DNA of 57,104 nt, the filler included, from Vicugna vicugna (lineage: Eukaryota), in assembly GCA_013265495.1 (NCBI GenBank). It is 67 parts of 67 records of this genome, joined end to end, with 100 filler letters (N's around TTAATTAATTAA, not from the genome) between each part and the next. Parts side by side here need not be neighbours in the genome. Positions count along the whole stretch, not along the records: positions 35,071 to 36,109 come from MU063849.1; positions 36,210 to 36,672 come from PNXW01031523.1; positions 36,773 to 37,975 come from MU063853.1; positions 38,076 to 39,095 come from MU063861.1; positions 39,196 to 39,980 come from MU063863.1; positions 40,081 to 40,988 come from MU063864.1; positions 41,089 to 42,649 come from MU063865.1; positions 42,750 to 43,206 come from PNXW01031576.1; 59 more parts are not named here. One strand, written 5' to 3'. The notes below the pieces were generated by a model. It made no database searches, had not been told where the DNA came from, and was given only the letters and a program-made list of their open reading frames with translations. Shown here piece after piece: positions 35,071 through 47,379 of this stretch (positions are counted from its first letter, which is position 1; every line of letters starts with the position of its first letter). The translations under genes were made by a program, and so were the position numbers.

Positions 35071-36109
35071 ACTGGTGGCTCCGGCCGACCTGGGGACGGG
35101 AGTCCGGCAGCGAACGAGGTGGCGTCGCCCGACGGTATTCCGGGTTCTCTTTCGTGACGGCAACTCGGCCCCCGGGTGGCTGGGCTACAACCAGAGCCAG
35201 ACTCCGTGGAGAGACGGATAGACTCACCAGGTGGCCGTCCGGACAAGGTAGGATCCCCCGGGAGGTATCTGGTCCTGTCCCATTGGACAGAACTGGAGGC
35301 TGATCCCCTCCTACTGGCTCTCCGTCTGATGGTATTTCAGACGGGGAAATCAGGAATCAGGTCCCGTAAGAGTTGTCATCTACTACTCCCCGTGTTTCTA
35401 CATCACATTCTTTAAGGGCAGGTTTGGACAGTGGACAGAAGAGGAGGCTGATCCCCTCCTACAGGAAACAGGATATTTGTATTGGTGGGAGTAGTGTTGT
35501 TAACCTCTGTGTGTGGGTGTGTGTGTGAGTGAATGAGCGGCCTGTGAAGCATGCAATCAGGCTCGAGTTTGTAGCTCCACGGCATTCTGCTACGGAGTTC
35601 GAGTGAGTCCCAACCTGCGGTTCTGTTGTGACCTCATACGGCTCAGGGTGGTATCGGTCCCTCAGGGTCCCGATCAGTGTCAGCGGCTTATACTGACACG
35701 CCAAAGCTAAGAGGCACCTTCGTCCCCGCGAGGGAAGCGGCCAGGCGGACGCAACGAAAACCCTCCCTTGTCTTTTCTGTGACACTGGCACAGGGTGGCT
35801 ACACTGGGAGGAAAAAGGACATAGACAGCCAATGAGTCAACGCCCCTGTGCCCTCGAAGGCTAGGATGCTATTTGAGAAAGTCTCCTACCTGACTCTGTC
35901 ACAGAACACCCAAGACTTTTTGTTCCCCTACTAAAGTGANNNNNNNNNNNNNNNNNNNNNNNNNNNNNNNNNNNNNNNNNNNNNNNNTTTAGAAGACCCT
36001 TCAGGACCGGGCTTGCCTGGCCCTGGAGGTCCCTTTTCTAGTCCATTTGTTTTGCCATCTGTCATCAGTCCCACGCCCCTGATACGTTAGTTCAGAATAT
36101 AAAGAGGAT
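35071..36109 (+). mobile_element. Endogenous retrovirus (ERV1/gamma-like) 5' leader region upstream of gag
   Basis: CpG-rich; TGG-initiated start (TGGTGGCTCCGG); candidate splice donor AAG|GTAGG at ~35245; leader direct repeat; GTGTCAG...CTGACAC hairpin; GAGGGAAGCGGCCAGGCGGACG block resembling ERV1 leaders (from recall). No gag ORF seen. Confidence 0.6.
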
Positions 36110-36209
36110 NNNNNNNNNNNNNNNNNNNNNNNNNNNNNNNNNNNNNNNNNNNNTTAATTAATTAANNNNNNNNNNNNNNNNNNNNNNNNNNNNNNNNNNN
36201 NNNNNNNNN

Positions 36210-36480
36210 CAGAATTTTTGTTTTATAACATGAACAACCCAGACAGGGTCACAAAAGGAACTTTCTCACAAGTGACCGGAGACAGGTGAGAGGCATATAG
36301 CAACAGGTCATAAAGATGGTAAGAGCGAAGTTATTTCTCCAACCCCCCAAAAAATTCCTCCAAGAACCGAAAAATCTGAACTTTGAAAGTAAAATAATAT
36401 CATATAAAGATAAAGAAATGAAATAAATAATCCTCTTCATCAGGATTTCAAGGTCTGACTGCAGAACTTTTAGCATGCCA
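36210..36480 (+). mobile_element. Possible highly decayed LINE-1 ORF1 3' fragment
   Basis: A-rich strand; AAAATCTGAACTTTGAAAGTAAAATAATATCATATAAAGATAAAG...CTGCAGAACTTTTAG loosely like the end of ORF1. Confidence 0.4.
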
Positions 36481-36772
36481 TACTGAATCCTAGCACAGAA
36501 AAGTCACAAGGACAAGTGGCGAGTAATTTCCAGGAAAATGGCAGTAATTCCTCCACTTGTAAGAGGACACACACTCACTTGTCGAAGGTAATTGTAAACC
36601 ACATTCTGCAGAAATTAAGAACATTCCGTCACCGCTTCAAGATGGTGATGACATGGTAGGACGGCTTGGATGNNNNNNNNNNNNNNNNNNNNNNNNNNNN
36701 NNNNNNNNNNNNNNNNTTAATTAATTAANNNNNNNNNNNNNNNNNNNNNNNNNNNNNNNNNNNNNNNNNNNN

Positions 36773-37975
36773 TTTGTTGGGTGGAAATCGCTCCAGAACT
36801 TTACTTCTGTGAAAAATTCACGAATTAGAACCTTGTGTTAGGGAAAGCTTGTGAAAATGTTTACACGTGTCTAGATGAAAATATTCCTTTTATAGAGTAT
36901 ATAAGATTAATAATCCAGATGCCCTCAACTCAGGAATTCATGTTTGTCGAATCCGTCATGTATGTAGCATGTACGGAACACGGAATATCATGTAGATGGA
37001 ATCTATTCAAATTATATATCTCTAGGGTAGAATTCGCTCCAAGAGGGTTTTTCTGGGATTAAAGTTTGATTCTTGAAACTGGTGATAGGAANNNNNNNNN
37101 NNNNNNNNNNNNNNNNNNNNNNNNNNNNNNNNNNNNNNNNNNNNNNNNNNNNNNNNNNNNNNNNNNNNNNNNNNNNNNNNNNNNNNNNNNNNNNNNNNNN
37201 NNNNNNNNNNNNNNNNNNNNNNNNNNNNNNNNNNNNNNNNNNNNNNNNNNNNNNNNNNNNNNNNNNNNNNNNNNNNNNNNNNNNNNNNNNNNNNNNNNNN
37301 NNNNNNNNNNNNNNNNNNNNNNNNNNNNNNNNNNNNNNNNNNNNNNNNNNNNNNNNNNNNNNNNNNNNNNNNNNNCTTGTTTGGTGGATGAAAGTTCAGT
37401 AATCCACATGCTCACAAGTCAGAAACGCATGATAGCCGAATCCGCCACACATGTAGCATGTACGGAACCCGGAATGCCATGTTGAAGGGGTTCATGTAAA
37501 TTACATATCTATAAGGTGTAATTCACTCCAGAACAATTTTACTGTGAAAAATTCACGTATTCGAACCTGGTGTTAGGGAAAGCTTGTGAAAATTTTACAT
37601 GTGTCTAGATGAAAATATTCCTTTTATAGAGGATGAAAGATTGGTAATCAAACATGCACTCANNNNNNNNNNNNNNNNNNNNNNNNNNNNNNNNNNNNNN
37701 NNNNNNNNNNNNNNNNNNNNNNNNNNNNNNNNNNNNNNNNNNNNNNNNNNNNNNNNNNNNNNNNNNNNNNNNNNNNAGGGTTTTTGTGGGATCAAAGTGT
37801 GATTCTTGCAACTGGTGATAGGAAGAAGCTACGAAGTCAAAGTAAATATTTCAGAGTGCATAGGTAACTAGTTTGGTGGTTGAAACATCAGTCATGCGCA
37901 TGTACACAACTCAATAATACATGTTTGAGAAATCCGTGATGCATGAAACATGTTTGGAATACGGATTTCCATGGT
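36773..37975 (+). repeat. SatC ~246-bp satellite (gapped), ~1.6 trimers
   Basis: TCGCTC at 36788 and 37034 (246 bp); subunit A recurs at 37523, ~735 bp later across a gap. Confidence 0.93.
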
Positions 37976-38075
37976 NNNNNNNNNNNNNNNNNNNNNNNNN
38001 NNNNNNNNNNNNNNNNNNNTTAATTAATTAANNNNNNNNNNNNNNNNNNNNNNNNNNNNNNNNNNNNNNNNNNNN

Positions 38076-39095
38076 GACAACTCCACGCAGCTCTTTCCAG
38101 TCACAGGTGTTCCCTGTTCGCGGAAAACCTGAGAAATAACTTCCCTGAACTTGGGGAGGAAGCGTCAGACACTGGGATATCCTGCAATCACCCCTAGTAT
38201 TCCCTGGCACAGAGACATAAGGAAAACGCTCAGGGGAGACGAGCTTAGGCATTCCATTAGAACCCACGCGCTGCAGACCGTTGGTGGAACCTCCCCACGC
38301 TCAGGATTCCGGAACCATTGTCAGTGCGTGGGGGAGCTCGAGAGACAACTTCACGCAGCTCTCTACATTCACAGGTGTTCCCTATTCGCGGAAGTCCGAG
38401 AAATACCATCCGAAACTTGGGGAGGCAGCCTCTGACACTGGGATATCCTGCAATAACCCCTAGCATTCCCTGGCACAGAGACATTAGGAAAACGCTCAGG
38501 GGAGACGAGCTTAGGCATGCCGTTTGAACCCACGCGCTGCCGACCGTTGGTGGAACCTCCCCACGCTCAGGANNNNNNNNNNNNNNNNNNNNNNNNNNNN
38601 NNNNNNNNNNNNNNNNNNNNNNNNNNNNNNNNNNNNNNNNNNNNNNNNNNNNNNNNNNNNNNNNNNNNNNNNNNNNNNNNNNNNNNNNNNNNNNNNNNNN
38701 NNNNNNNNNNNNNNNNNNNNNNNNNNNNNNNNNNNNNNNNNNNNNNNNNNNNNNNNNNNNNNNNNNNNNNNNNNNNNNNNNNNNNNNNNNNNNNNNNNNN
38801 NNNNNNNNNNNNNNNNNNNNNNNNNNNNNNNNNNNNNNNNNNNNNNNNNNNNNNNNNNNNNNNNNNNNNNNNNNNNNNNNNNNNNNNNNNNNNNNNNNNN
38901 NNNNNNNNNNNNNNNNNNNNNNNNNNNNNNNNNNNNNNNNNNNNNNNNNNNNNNNNNNNNNNNNNNNNNNNNNNNNNNNNNNNNNNNNNNNNNNNNNNNN
39001 NNNNNNNNNNNNNNCTGGCACAGATAGGAAAAGCCTCAGGGGATACGAAATTAGTCATTCCGTTAGAACCCACGAGCTGCCGACCGTTGGTGGAA
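38076..39095 (-). repeat. SatA 267-bp satellite (reverse)
   Basis: Tandem monomers. Confidence 0.96.
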
Positions 39096-39195
39096 NNNNN
39101 NNNNNNNNNNNNNNNNNNNNNNNNNNNNNNNNNNNNNNNTTAATTAATTAANNNNNNNNNNNNNNNNNNNNNNNNNNNNNNNNNNNNNNNNNNNN

Positions 39196-39980
39196 TGAAA
39201 ATGGTACTTCCTTTTCCTTTTACTGTATTTCTTCATTTCTTCTTGTCAGGTAATTTCAGGTATCTAAAGTAGACTTCTAGGGTTTGTTAAGTGAAAATTT
39301 TAGACTCTTGTCTCTACACAATTGCATGGTATTTCTGTGAGGACAAATTTTCCTAGACATTGATGCCATGTCCTGTTCCTGTGTGTGTTGTCTGGACTAT
39401 CTCCAATTGCTGGTATTGCCTTGTTGTGATGAACACCACATACTATTTCGATTAGGATAACCTCATTTTGATTACGCTTTTCTCACAAATCTGAAAGAAC
39501 ACAGGACATTTCCTCTGGTGGAAATGGAGCTTCTAAAGCTTCTCAGCTCTGCATTCTACTCTATGTTATTTTGGAGTGTTTCCAGAAGGGCAGAGTGTGA
39601 GTGCGCTTGTGCTTTGTAGTGCCACGGGAATGTCCCACTGAAACCAGTCCTTCCAAGAGCTTCTCTGTCTGCAGGAACACCAGTGGAAGCATATGTATGG
39701 ATGTCACACATCAGGGCCTGCTGGAATGATCCCGCAGCCCGAACTTGGTGTCCTCGCTGCCGAACCGTGCCGGTGCCATCCAAAATGTAGCATCCGCTTT
39801 TGAGAGATAAACNNNNNNNNNNNNNNNNNNNNNNNNNNNNNNNNNNNNNNNNNNNNNNNNNNNNNNCACTTCCTTGTCATCTTTGTGTCACGGGTGCCCG
39901 AAGGCAACCACAGAGATTTTGCACATCCTGCGACACAAACCAAACCATAATCACAGCCCAGGTTTTGAATGTAGCAGATC
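39196..39980 (-). repeat. Multi-copy unit (copy 2), extending ~600 bp upstream of the L1-ORF1-like part
   Basis: 39196-39346 is the reverse complement of 13549-13700 with scattered mismatches. Confidence 0.75.
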
Positions 39981-40080
39981 NNNNNNNNNNNNNNNNNNNN
40001 NNNNNNNNNNNNNNNNNNNNNNNNTTAATTAATTAANNNNNNNNNNNNNNNNNNNNNNNNNNNNNNNNNNNNNNNNNNNN

Positions 40081-40988
40081 TATTCTGTGTTCTACATTCT
40101 ATATTCTAAATTTTATATTCGGTATACATAGTCTATATTCTAAATTCTGTGTTCTGCATTCCATTTCTAAAATCTAGGTTCTATATTCTCTTTTATATAT
40201 TCTATAATTTGTTTTCTTCATTCTATATTCCACATGCTGTATTCTGCATTCTGTATACTATATTCTATATTCTGTGTTTTACATTCTATATTCTAAATTC
40301 TATATTCAGTATTCTGTATTCTATAATCTAAATTCTGTGTTCTGCNNNNNNNNNNNNNNNNNNNNNNNNNNNNNNNNNNNNNNNNNNNNNNNNNNNNNNN
40401 NNNNNNNNNNNNNNNNNNNNNNNNNNNNNNNNNNNNNNNNNNNNNNNNNNNNNNNNNNNNNNNNNNNNNNNNNNNNNNNNNNNNNNNNNNNNNNNNNNNN
40501 NNNNNNNNNNNNNNNNNNNNNNNNNNNNNNNNNNNNNNNNNNNNNNNNNNNNNNNNNNNNNNNNNNNNNNNNNNNNNNNNNNNNNNNNNNNNNNNNNNNN
40601 NNNNNNNNNNNNNNNNNNNNNNNNNNNNNNNNNNNNNNNNNNNNNNNNNNNNNNNNNNNNNNNNNNNNNNNNNNNNNNNNNNNNNNNNNNNNNNNNNNNN
40701 NNNNNNNNNNNNNNNNNNNNNNNNNNNNNNNNNNNNNNNNNNNNNNNNNNNNNNNNNNNNNNNNNNNNNNNNNNNNNNNNNNNNNNNNNNNNNNNNNNNN
40801 NNNNNNNNNNNNNNNNNATTCCATATTCTTCATTCTATATTCTGTGTTCTACATTCTATATTCTAAATTCTATATTCAGTATTCATATTCTATATTCTAA
40901 ATTCTTTGCTCTGCATTCCATGTTCAATATTCTGTGTTCTATGTTCTCTACTCTATTTTATATTGTGTGTTCTTCACTCTATACTCTA
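40081..40988 (-). repeat. SatB heptamer satellite (reverse)
   Basis: 7-bp periodicity. Confidence 0.95.
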
Positions 40989-41088
40989 NNNNNNNNNNNN
41001 NNNNNNNNNNNNNNNNNNNNNNNNNNNNNNNNTTAATTAATTAANNNNNNNNNNNNNNNNNNNNNNNNNNNNNNNNNNNNNNNNNNNN

Positions 41089-42649
41089 ATTTAAATCATT
41101 TTGAGTTTATTTTTGTACAGTTTGAGGGAGTGTCCTAATTTCATTGATTTACATGTAGCTTTCTAGCTTTCTCAACATCCCTTGCTGAAAAATGTCTTAA
41201 ATTCATTGTATATTTTTATTTCCTTTGTCATAGTTTAGTTCACCATACGTGTGATGTCTTATTTCTGTCTCTGTGTTCCATTCCAGTGATATAGATGTTT
41301 GGTTGTTTTCCAGCATTGTGCTGTTATGATTACAGTATTTTTGTAATATAGTCTGAGATCTGGGAGGGTTATTGGTCATGCCTCCATCTTTGTTCTTATT
41401 CCTCATGTTTCTTTTGCAATTCTGGTTCTTTTGCAGTTCCATACAAATCATAGGACTCTTTTNNNNNNNNNNNNNNNNNNNNNNNNNNNNNNNNNNNNNN
41501 NNNNNNNNNNNNNNNNNNNNNNNNNNNNNNNNNNNNNNNNNNNNNNNNNNNNNNNNNNNNNNNNNNNNNNNNNNNNNNNNNNNNNNNNNNNNNNNNNNNN
41601 NNNNNNNNNNNNNNNNNNNNNNNNNNNNNNNNNNNNNNNNNNNNNNNNNNNNNNNNNNNNNNNNNNNNNNNNNNNNNNNNNNNNNNNNNNNNNNNNNNNN
41701 NNNNNNNNNNNNNNNNNNNNNNNNNNNNNNNNNNNNNNNNNNNNNNNNNNNNNNNTGCTAAATGTTTACTTTTAGTTGTTTTAGTTTGGAGAATCTTTAG
41801 GGATCACTATATAGATTATCATGTCATCTAAATTAATAACAGTTTTACTTCATTCAATCCAACTTGAAAAATTTTTTTCTTGTCCAATTGCTGTTGTTAG
41901 AACTTCCCATATTGTGTTTAATAGAAATGGTGAGAGTGGGCATCCTTGATTTAGTCCTTAATTTGGATTTCAGTTTTTCACTTTTGCATATTATGTAGTC
42001 TGTTGGTCTNNNNNNNNNNNNNNNNNNNNNNNNNNNNNNNNNNNNNNNNNNNNNNNNNNNNNNNNNNNNNNNNNNNNNNNNNNNNNNNNNNNNNNNNNNN
42101 NNNNNNNNNNNNNNNNNNNNNNNNNNNNNNNNNNNNNNNNNNNNNNNNNNNNNNNNNNNNNNNNNNNNNNNNNNNNNNNNNNNNNNTATTGCTGGATTTG
42201 CTAATAATATTTTATAGAATTTTTGCTTCTAAATCTATCAAATATAATGGCTTGAAGTTCCCTTTGCCCGTACTTTATTTGTTGGTTTTGCTATCAGGGT
42301 GATGAAACGAAACTTNNNNNNNNNNNNNNNNNNNNNNNNNNNNNNNNNNNNNNNNNNNNNNNNNNNNNNNNNNNNNNNNNNNNNNNNNNNNNNNNNNNNN
42401 NNNNNNNNNNNNNNNNNNNNNNNNNNNNNNNNNNNNNNNNNNNNNNNNNNNNNNNNNNNNNNNNNNNNNNNNNNNNNNNNNNNNNNNNNNNNNNNNNNNN
42501 NNNNNNNNNNNNNNNNNNNNNNNCTAGTAAACAGTCAAATTATTTGTTTCTCCTTATCTCTGTCTCTTTCTAGACATATGTCTATTTCTTCTAAGTTGTC
42601 CAGTTTTTTGGCATGTAATTTCTGACCAAATGAACACTTTTTTTTTTTG
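41089..42649 (-). mobile_element. LINE-1 ORF2 fragment (gapped, diverged)
   Basis: TTTAAATCATTTTGAGTTTATTTTTGTA, GGTGAGAGTGGGCATCCTTG and TCTTCTAAGTTGTCCAGTTT antisense L1 motifs. Confidence 0.88.
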
Positions 42650-43306
42650 NNNNNNNNNNNNNNNNNNNNNNNNNNNNNNNNNNNNNNNNNNNNTTAATTA
42701 ATTAANNNNNNNNNNNNNNNNNNNNNNNNNNNNNNNNNNNNNNNNNNNNAGGACATGGTGATTTAAACCTGAATCTGAGCCCAGGCCTGGGCTAAACCTC
42801 TCTCCAATCCACCTGAACACTTGCCTATGAAATCCACCTGTCCAATACACAAGTTTGAACAGGCCAGCTCTTAAATGCAATGTGTGTCACCGTTTGTCAA
42901 TGTTGGTTAATAACCATAAACTGCTCTCAGAAACCGCTACAGAAAAGACAGGTGGACCCACATCCCTGCCAACAAAGAAGAGGAATTCTGACTTGCGTTC
43001 TCCTGTAATGTGCAGAAATCTTTCCCTACACCACCAAATTCAAATGTATGCTTCATCCGTGTTTAAGTTTGTACACGGAATATTAAAGTAGAAGGGACCT
43101 GCAGTAATTCCATCTTGGTTCCTTACAGATTATCCACAGTCTGTGAATGAAAATATTACAATGTGAATGAAAATACTACAATCATGTCGGTAAACAAAGA
43201 ATGCTGNNNNNNNNNNNNNNNNNNNNNNNNNNNNNNNNNNNNNNNNNNNNTTAATTAATTAANNNNNNNNNNNNNNNNNNNNNNNNNNNNNNNNNNNNNN
43301 NNNNNN

Positions 43307-43519
43307 TTCAGTATTCTTTATTATATATTCTATATTTTGTGTTCTACATTCCATATTCTAAAATCTATATGCACTATTCTGTATTATATATTCTAAATAC
43401 TGTGTTCGGCATTCCATGTTCTAAATTCTGTTTTCTGAATTCTTTTTTCCATATTCTATATTCTGTTTTCTACATTCTATATTTTGTATTCTATATTCTG
43501 CTTTCCGTATTCTATATTC
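43307..43519 (-). repeat. SatB heptamer satellite (reverse)
   Basis: 7-bp periodicity. Confidence 0.93.
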
Positions 43520-43619
43520 NNNNNNNNNNNNNNNNNNNNNNNNNNNNNNNNNNNNNNNNNNNNTTAATTAATTAANNNNNNNNNNNNNNNNNNNNNNNNN
43601 NNNNNNNNNNNNNNNNNNN

Positions 43620-43672
43620 CTGGGCTGCTGTGTGACCTTAGGCAGCATACTGTCCCTCTCTGGGCCTCAGAC
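43620..43672 (+). mobile_element. MIR core relic
   Basis: GCTGTGTGACCTTAGGCAG...CCTCTCTGGGCCTCAG. Confidence 0.65.
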
Positions 43673-43805
43673 TCCTAGTAGGGTGACACAGGATGGTCGC
43701 CAAGACCCTCCCCAGCCCTCAACCCCAGGGAATGGGGACTCCATCAAGGTGAGCCCCCTTCAGCCAACTGGTGGGTGAGGAGGTGGACCCTAGAACACAA
43801 TCAGA

Positions 43806-43860
43806 GCCCAGCACAGGGCTGGGCATGCAGTTGGTACTCAATGCGTATTTGTGGAATGGA
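43806..43860 (+). mobile_element. L2/MIR 3'-tail relic
   Basis: CCCAGCACAGGGCTGGGCATGCAGTTGGTACTCAATGCGTATTTGTGGAATG. Confidence 0.6.
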
Positions 43861-44532
43861 CCTGACTTGACCCTCAACCACCTCGCAATCTGGGGGAATC
43901 ACACTGGTCCCCAATAACAGGGAAAAATAGCCAAGCACACAGAAGGGCCCGTTGGCATTTGCAGGGCACAAGCACAGAGCTTGTGCAAGGATAGGGTCTT
44001 GGGTTTCTAGCGGCCCCTCCCGAGACTGATGGGGCCACGTCCTGCTATTGCTGAGGGCGGTGGGATTCCCTCACCAGAGCTTGGCTTTGGTCCTGCCGAC
44101 ATCTCTGAGCTCTGTACCCACGGTGGCAGGTGCTGGGAACCACACAGACCTAGCCGTGGTCTGCAGGAAGCCTCTGTGCTCATGGGCAAGGCAAGAGGGG
44201 CCTGAGAGACAAGGGCCAGGATGGCAGGATGGGGGCTGTGGAAAATAAAGAATGAGAGCTGGACTCATCCATCTAAGGGGCCTCTGACCCAGGTGGAGCC
44301 AGGAAGTTCCAGGGGTAGGGGTTACCAGGTGGACAGTGTCAAGAGCAACAAGAGAGTTAGATCTGCCATTGAGGGAGGTCAGGTAGGCCGATCTTCCATC
44401 TGGCTGGTGGTCTGGGCAGGCTGCCTGGAGGANNNNNNNNNNNNNNNNNNNNNNNNNNNNNNNNNNNNNNNNNNNNTTAATTAATTAANNNNNNNNNNNN
44501 NNNNNNNNNNNNNNNNNNNNNNNNNNNNNNNN

Positions 44533-45053
44533 GACATCTGAACCCAATGTCGTGTATGTGCTGGAGGAGGGAAAGAATGTCCACGCAACTTTATGGGTGC
44601 ACAGGTGTTCCAAGTTGGGGATTTGGTTTAAAAACTCCACTGCCCATAGAGGGGTACTCGCTAACCCTTGTCTTTAGAGCCCATCCCCCACATTCGCTCA
44701 CAGCCCGGCCTAGGTAAACACTCAAGGAGGTCAAGGTAACGGATTCTATTAGACCCCAGGTTCTGCTGTCATTTGGAGGGAACTCCCACCATTCAGGATA
44801 GAAGAACACTTCCTCGTTTGTGTGCTGGTGGTGGGGAAACAGGGTCAAGGCATCTTTCAGGTGGCACATAGTATTCCCACGTTGCTGGGTGTAGGTAAAA
44901 TTTCTCCAATTCCCATGTAGATGCATTGGCAATTTCTTGGTATTAGAGCCGAAACCCCACATTCCCCAGCACTCCAGCCTAGGCAAAACATCTGTGAAGG
45001 CATGTTATGGGATTCAAGTAGAACACAATCGCTCCTGACATTTGGAGGAACTT
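44533..45053 (-). repeat. SatE ~264-bp satellite
   Basis: Matches monomer types seen at 30740-30930 and 30500-30740. Confidence 0.88.
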
Positions 45054-45153
45054 NNNNNNNNNNNNNNNNNNNNNNNNNNNNNNNNNNNNNNNNNNNNTTA
45101 ATTAATTAANNNNNNNNNNNNNNNNNNNNNNNNNNNNNNNNNNNNNNNNNNNN

Positions 45154-45877
45154 CTCCCTCAATTTTGATATTAAAATTAATTCCTGATAATATTTTAATT
45201 AAAAAATAAAAAACCAGAAATAACCCAACATGATTCAATCTGTTCAGATATTCAAGAGAGAAGAACTTTCTAAAACGCTTTTGGAACAAAGACCAACAAC
45301 AGCAAAGGCCTAGCAGCTCAGCAAGGCCAGCAACGCCCCCTGTAAAACAAAACTGACCCTCGCCCAACCCTCTCTCACTGACCTGTGTTTCTCTATGATT
45401 ATTTCTACACTGGCTTCTTCCCTTCAAAGTCCAGTTTCTTGGAGAAGTGCCTGAGCTGGTGAATCCTCCAGGGCTCAGAACCTTGCAGCCCCCACGGCCC
45501 TCACCGTGGCGGTGAGACAGGAGCTGCACTGCCGGTGGCTGCGTGTTTCAGATCAGTCGGCATTTTCAGCTCCTGTTTATTTGATTACCAGGTAGCTTTT
45601 TCCGTGGAGAAATATTTTCCTCTCAGTGGAATGTTTTCCGCCATTATTTTTGTTTTACTTAAGTAAATTAAAAAAATCCCAGACAGAAAAGTGTGTGTGC
45701 ACATATGCACACACACAGATACACACAGACACAAACATATCTGTTTTTTAAAGGCTACCTTAGTCCTCCTCCTCCTTTTCCCCAGGCTTGGCAATTAAAG
45801 GTGGGCTTTAGCCCTTGTTTTTTTGCCCCACACACTATGCTCCTTTTAGTCAGTGTTCAAATCCCTCTTAAGCCAGG
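45154..45877 (+). repeat. Low-copy or macro-repeat unit, paralog of 54865-55392
   Basis: ~45420-45860 is the reverse complement of ~54960-55392 with scattered substitutions. Confidence 0.85.
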
Positions 45878-45977
45878 NNNNNNNNNNNNNNNNNNNNNNN
45901 NNNNNNNNNNNNNNNNNNNNNTTAATTAATTAANNNNNNNNNNNNNNNNNNNNNNNNNNNNNNNNNNNNNNNNNNNN

Positions 45978-46371
45978 TCTAATACAATACCTTAACTTGT
46001 ATTCCATGATGGATTGAAAAGGTCGGTGTGCAGGGGAAAGTTGAGATTTGGCTCTAAACCAAGTATTAGCGAGAGCCTATCCATGGGTTATGGGTGTTTG
46101 ACCTACAACCCACAACCGTGGAATAACTGTGCCCCCTGAAAAATGCGTGTGCTATGTTTCCCCACCTCCAGCACACACAGGAAGAAGTGTTCTTGGGTTC
46201 TGAGTGTGGGGAGGTTCCTCCAACAGACAGCAGCACCTGGAAAAATAAACAACTTACCTTGGAACACCTGTGACCCATAAAGATACGTGGAAGCTGTTTC
46301 CCCACCTCCAGCACACACACGGAGACGTGCTCAGGTATCCTGATTGTGGGGAGGCTCCTCCAAATCAAATG
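45978..46371 (+). repeat. SatE satellite with an internally deleted monomer
   Basis: GTGGGGAGG(T/C)TCCTCCAA at ~46205 and ~46346, only ~141 bp apart. Confidence 0.85.
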
Positions 46372-46471
46372 NNNNNNNNNNNNNNNNNNNNNNNNNNNNN
46401 NNNNNNNNNNNNNNNTTAATTAATTAANNNNNNNNNNNNNNNNNNNNNNNNNNNNNNNNNNNNNNNNNNNN

Positions 46472-47279
46472 CAGGTGTTCCCTGTCAGGGGAAGTCCGAG
46501 AAATACCTTCCCTGACGTTGCAGAGGCATCCTCTGGCACTGGGATTTCCTGCAAACCCCCCTAGCATTCCCTGGCACAGAGAGATTAGGAAAACCCTCAG
46601 GGGAGACCAGCTCAGGCATTCCGTTGGAACCCACGCGCTGCCGACCGTTGGTNNNNNNNNNNNNNNNNNNNNNNNNNNNNNNNNNNNNNNNNNNNNNNNN
46701 NNNNNNNNNNNNNNNNNNNNNNNNNNNNNNNNNNNNNNNNNNNNNNNNNNNNNNNNNNNNNNNNNNNNNNNNNNNNNNNNNNNNNNNNNNNNNNNNNNNN
46801 NNNNNNNNNNNNNNNNNNNNNNNNNNNNNNNNNNNNNNNNNNNNNNNNNNNNNNNNNNNNNNNNNNNNNNNNNNNNNNNNNNNNNNNNNNNNNNNNNNNN
46901 NNNNNNNNNNNNNNNNNNNNNNNNNNNNNNNNNNNNNNNNNNNNNNNNNNNNNNNNNNNNNNNNNNNNNNNNNNNNNNNNNNNNNNNNNNNNNNNNNNNN
47001 NNNNNNNNNNNNNNNNNNNNNNNNNNNNNNNNNNNNNNNNNNNNNNNNNNNNNNNNNNTGCAAAACCCCCTAGCATTCCCTGGCACAGAGACATTAGGAA
47101 AAACCTCAGGGGAGACCAGCTCAGACATTCCGTTGGAACCCACGCGCTGCCGACCGTTGGTGGCACCTCCCAACGCTCAGGGTTCTGGTAAAATTGTCAG
47201 TGCGTGGGGTAGCTCGAGAGACACCTCCACGCACCTCTCTTGAGTCACAGGTGTTCCCTGTCCGGGGAAGTCCGAGAAA
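46472..47279 (-). repeat. SatA 267-bp satellite (reverse; GGAGACCAGCTCAG variant)
   Basis: Same motifs with private variants shared by both ends of the scaffold. Confidence 0.95.
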
Positions 47280-47379
47280 NNNNNNNNNNNNNNNNNNNNN
47301 NNNNNNNNNNNNNNNNNNNNNNNTTAATTAATTAANNNNNNNNNNNNNNNNNNNNNNNNNNNNNNNNNNNNNNNNNNNN

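Noticed and set aside
46615..46640. CENP-B-box-like TTCCGTTGGAACCCACG in SatA
   Set aside because: Lacks the required TTCG....A..CGGG core.
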